DNA of 28,428 bases from a virus (taxonomy: Duplodnaviria > Heunggongvirae > Uroviricota > Caudoviricetes), in the IMG/VR virus record IMGVR_UViG_2534682139_000012. One strand, 5' to 3'. The stretch's first letter is position 1, and each line of letters opens with the position of its first letter. The notes beneath the pieces are model-generated. The model ran no database searches and was not told the origin of the DNA. It saw only the letters and a program-made list of their open reading frames with translations. The translations under genes were made by a program, and so were the position numbers. Positions 25,280-28,428 of the stretch are shown one piece after another.

Positions 25280-25802
25280 TTCACTGTTACCGCCATCAGC
25301 CAGCAATTTCATGCGTTGTGCCGAAGCTGTCGGAACGCGCATTACAGACATTCCGGTAGACCTCAACACGCTGTGGTCGCCGGACACCTGCCCGGTGCAT
25401 CTGCTGCCTTATCTCGCCTGGGCATTTTCCGTTGACCGCTGGGATCGCAACTGGCCGGAAGAGACAAAGCGACAGGTTATTCGTGATGCATGGCTGATAC
25501 ACCGACACAAAGGGACCATCAGCGCACTGCGCCGGGCCATTGAGCCGCTGGGATACCTCATTCGTGTGTCTGAGTGGTGGGAGTTCGGCGGAGAACCGGG
25601 AACATTTACCGTTGAAGTCGGCACGCTGGACAGTGGCGTGACGGAGGAAATGTATCTGGAAATGGAGCGGTTGATTGCTGATGCCCGCCCGGTCAGCCGC
25701 CACATGACAGGGCTGAATATCATTCAGGAGATCCCGGGGGATATTTTCGCGGCGGCAGCAACTTACGACGGTGAAGTCATTACCATTTATCCGGACGATT
25801 AA
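25272..25802 (+). CDS. I: P2 gpI-like baseplate/tail protein
   Basis: 176 aa starting [14 protein letters not shown] overlaps the J stop; synteny. Confidence 0.8.
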   Translation: MSNSLLPPSASNFMRCAEAVGTRITDIPVDLNTLWSPDTCPVHLLPYLAWAFSVDRWDRNWPEETKRQVIRDAWLIHRHKGTISALRRAIEPLGYLIRVSEWWEFGGEPGTFTVEVGTLDSGVTEEMYLEMERLIADARPVSRHMTGLNIIQEIPGDIFAAAATYDGEVITIYPDD

Positions 25803-25804
25803 GC

Positions 25805-28075
25805 ATGAGTACCACAACACGAAAATTTAAAACCATTATCACTGATACTGGTGCCAAAAAATTAGCTCAGGCAGCCGCGCCAGATGGTAATCCTGTCCAC
25901 CTGACTCACATGGCCGTGGGCGACGGTGGCGGCACGTTGCCCACACCAGACAGTAAGCAGACCCGTCTGGTGCATGAGGTGTGGCGACATACTGTTAATC
26001 GCGTCATCCTGGACGCAACACATCAGAACCGCATTATTGCGGAGCTGGTTATTCCTCCTGAAACGGGCGGATTCTGGATCCGGGAAATTGGTGTATTTGA
26101 TGAGCACGGCGATTTGATCGCGGTGGGCAATACTGCCGAAAGTTACAAGCCAGCCGTTGCCGAAGGATCCGGACGTGCACAAACATTTCGCACCATTCTG
26201 ACCGTATCCAGCACTGCCACCGTGGCGCTTACCGTGGATAACACCATGGTTATGGCCACAGTGGATTACGTGAATGACAAACTGAAAGAACATGAACAGT
26301 CACGACGTCACCCGGACGCCTCGCTGACCGCAAAAGGCTTTGTTCAACTCAGTAGCGCCACCAACAGCACGTCTGAAGCACTGGCCGCAACGCCGAAAGC
26401 GGTCAAGGCAGCCTATGACCTTGCTAACGGGAAATATACCGCACAGGACGCCACTACAGCGCGAAAAGGCATTGTCCAGCTCAGTAGCGCCACCAACAGC
26501 GATTCAGAAACGCTGGCGGCAACACCAAAGGCGGTAAAGGCAGCCTATGACCTGGCTAACGGGAAATACACCGCACAGGATGCAACAACAGCACAGAAAG
26601 GGATAATCCAGCTAAGCAGCGCGACCAACAGCACATCTGAAACGCTTGCCGCGACACCAAAGGCAGTAAAAACAGCCTATGACAATGCTGAGAAACGTCT
26701 GCAGAAAGATCAGAACGGTGCGGATATCCCTGGCAAAGACACCTTTACGAAAAATATTGGTGCCTGCCGTGCCTTCGGTGGGTCAGTAAGCACAACAACA
26801 GGAAACTGGACGACTGCACAGTTTATCGAGTGGCTGGATTCTCAGGGAGCATTTAACCATCCATACTGGATGTGCAAGGGTTCCTGGTCTTATGGCAATA
26901 ATAAAATCATTACTGATACTGACTGCGGTAATATTCATCTCGCCGGAGCTGTCATTGAAGTAATGGGGATAAAGTCAGCGATGACGATCCGCATTACCAC
27001 ACCGACCACCTCCACTGGTGGTGGAACAACTAACGCCCAGTTTACCTATATTAATCACGGAACAGATTATTCACCTGGCTGGCGAAGGGACTATAACTCC
27101 AGAAATAAGCCAACGGCATCAGAGATCGGGGCGTTACCGTCAGGTGGAACAGCAGTATCATCAGTTAATCTGGCTTCAAAAGGTCAGGTAACCGCGCTGA
27201 CAGACAATACGCAGGGGGCAACAGGTCTTGAGTTATACGAGGTGTATAACAACGGATATCCAACAGCGTATGGAAATATCATTCACCTGAAAGGGATGAC
27301 AGCCGTTGGCGAAGGTGAGTTACTCATCGGCTGGAGTGGTACAAGCGGTGCTCATGCTCCGGCATTTATTCGTTCACGACGGGATACGACCGACGCAAAC
27401 TGGTCGCCGTGGGCGCAGCTTTACACCTCGGCTCATCCTCCTGCAGAGTTTTATCCAGTCGGTGCACCAATCCCGTGGCCATCAGATACCGTTCCGTCTG
27501 GTTATGCCCTGATGCAGGGGCAGACTTTTGACAAATCTGCCTACCCGAAACTTGCAGCCGCTTATCCGTCAGGCGTGATCCCTGATATGCGTGGCTGGAC
27601 GATTAAGGGCAAGCCCGCCAGTGGTCGTGCCGTATTGTCTCAGGAACAGGACGGCATTAAATCGCACACCCACAGCGCCAGCGTATCCAGTACGGATTTG
27701 GGTACGAAAACCACATCGTCGTTTGATTACGGGACGAAAACAACCTCACTATTTGACTATGGGACCAAAACTACCAGTAACGCCGGGAGTCACACGCATT
27801 CAATACCAACATCAGATGGTGCAAACCAGTGGGGGAAAATTCCACTGACATCTGGGCGTCTGGCAACTCAATATACATCAGCAACAACAGGTTCCTCTGG
27901 CTCACATTCTCATACTGTAGGTATTGGTTCTCATCAGCACACTGTCGGTATTGGTGCACACACGCACTCCGTTGCGATTGGCTCACATGGACACACCATC
28001 ACCGTAAACGCTGCTGGTAACGCGGAAAACACCGTCAAAAACATCGCATTTAACTATATTGTGAGGCTTGCATAA
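25805..28075 (+). CDS. H: P2 gpH-like tail fibre protein with internal repeats and a His-rich distal domain
   Basis: 756 aa; conserved N-terminal domain; three 44-aa repeats ([12 protein letters not shown] ... [12 protein letters not shown]); C-terminal HxH repeats and the ending [11 protein letters not shown]. Confidence 0.85.
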   Translation: MSTTTRKFKTIITDTGAKKLAQAAAPDGNPVHLTHMAVGDGGGTLPTPDSKQTRLVHEVWRHTVNRVILDATHQNRIIAELVIPPETGGFWIREIGVFDEHGDLIAVGNTAESYKPAVAEGSGRAQTFRTILTVSSTATVALTVDNTMVMATVDYVNDKLKEHEQSRRHPDASLTAKGFVQLSSATNSTSEALAATPKAVKAAYDLANGKYTAQDATTARKGIVQLSSATNSDSETLAATPKAVKAAYDLANGKYTAQDATTAQKGIIQLSSATNSTSETLAATPKAVKTAYDNAEKRLQKDQNGADIPGKDTFTKNIGACRAFGGSVSTTTGNWTTAQFIEWLDSQGAFNHPYWMCKGSWSYGNNKIITDTDCGNIHLAGAVIEVMGIKSAMTIRITTPTTSTGGGTTNAQFTYINHGTDYSPGWRRDYNSRNKPTASEIGALPSGGTAVSSVNLASKGQVTALTDNTQGATGLELYEVYNNGYPTAYGNIIHLKGMTAVGEGELLIGWSGTSGAHAPAFIRSRRDTTDANWSPWAQLYTSAHPPAEFYPVGAPIPWPSDTVPSGYALMQGQTFDKSAYPKLAAAYPSGVIPDMRGWTIKGKPASGRAVLSQEQDGIKSHTHSASVSSTDLGTKTTSSFDYGTKTTSLFDYGTKTTSNAGSHTHSIPTSDGANQWGKIPLTSGRLATQYTSATTGSSGSHSHTVGIGSHQHTVGIGAHTHSVAIGSHGHTITVNAAGNAENTVKNIAFNYIVRLA
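26336..26700 (+). repeat. About 2.8 tandem copies of a 132-bp (44-codon) repeat inside the tail fibre gene
   Basis: Units begin at about 26336, 26468 and 26600; the protein repeats differ mainly at synonymous or conservative positions. Confidence 0.8.
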
Positions 28076-28428
28076 TGGCATTCAGAATGAGTAAACAATC
28101 ACGAACCCTCAAAATTTATAATCTGCTGGCCGGAACTAATGAATTTATTGGTGACGGTGACGCATATATTCCACCTCATACAGGTCTACCTGCAAACAGT
28201 ACCGATATTGCACCGCCAGATATTCCGGCTGGCTTCGTGGCTGTTTTCAACACTGATGAGGCATCGTGGCATCTCGTTGAAGACCATCGGGGTTATACCG
28301 TCTATGACGTGGCTTCCGGCGACGCGTTATTTATTTCTGAACTTGGCCCATTACCGGAAAATGTCACCTGGTTATCCCCGGAAGGGGAGTTTCAGAAGTG
28401 GAACGGTACATCCTGGGTGAAAGATGCA
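28075..28428 (+). CDS. G: Tail fibre assembly protein (gpG/Tfa-like), 3'-partial at the window end
   Basis: ATG overlaps the H stop (TAATG); open frame to the window end ([34 protein letters not shown] ...); position as in P2. Confidence 0.7.
   Translation, partial: MAFRMSKQSRTLKIYNLLAGTNEFIGDGDAYIPPHTGLPANSTDIAPPDIPAGFVAVFNTDEASWHLVEDHRGYTVYDVASGDALFISELGPLPENVTWLSPEGEFQKWNGTSWVKDA

Noticed and set aside
1-28428. CRISPR arrays, rRNA or tRNA genes
   Set aside because: No regularly spaced short direct repeats and no rRNA- or tRNA-like sequences were recognised; the only tandem repeats lie inside the tail-fibre coding sequence.

Overview
This window is most of a P2-like (Peduovirus-type) prophage of an enterobacterium, in the standard prophage gene order, with an IS3-family insertion sequence at its left edge. 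The calls rest on reading the supplied ORF translations against remembered protein families; no database search was run. The IS (1..~930) has inserted into the phage integrase gene, leaving a 5' remnant without the C-terminal catalytic residues. Rightwards follow: a leftward lysogeny-side operon (HTH-XRE repressor-like gene plus two AT-rich cargo genes: a tail-anchored membrane protein and a secreted protein); a rightward early operon (RHH-like and Cox-like regulators, about eight small ORFan genes, a roughly 320-bp structured noncoding stretch with an intrinsic terminator, then the gpA-like replication initiator); a ParM/ParR-like partition module preceded by two 20-bp palindromes; an AT-rich membrane-protein gene at the position where P2 carries tin/old; a large intergenic region expected to hold cos; and the late genes Q, P, O, N, M, L, X, holin, an M15-peptidase endolysin, overlapping spanins, a NanS-like esterase moron, then R, S, V, W, J, I, H and the start of G. 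The most interesting candidates for undescribed biology are the repressor-linked membrane/secreted cargo pair with a shared NNR[IV]AGRD[YF] motif, the AT-rich membrane gene at the tin/old-equivalent hotspot, and the structured noncoding element inside the early operon. No rRNA, tRNA or CRISPR array was recognised.
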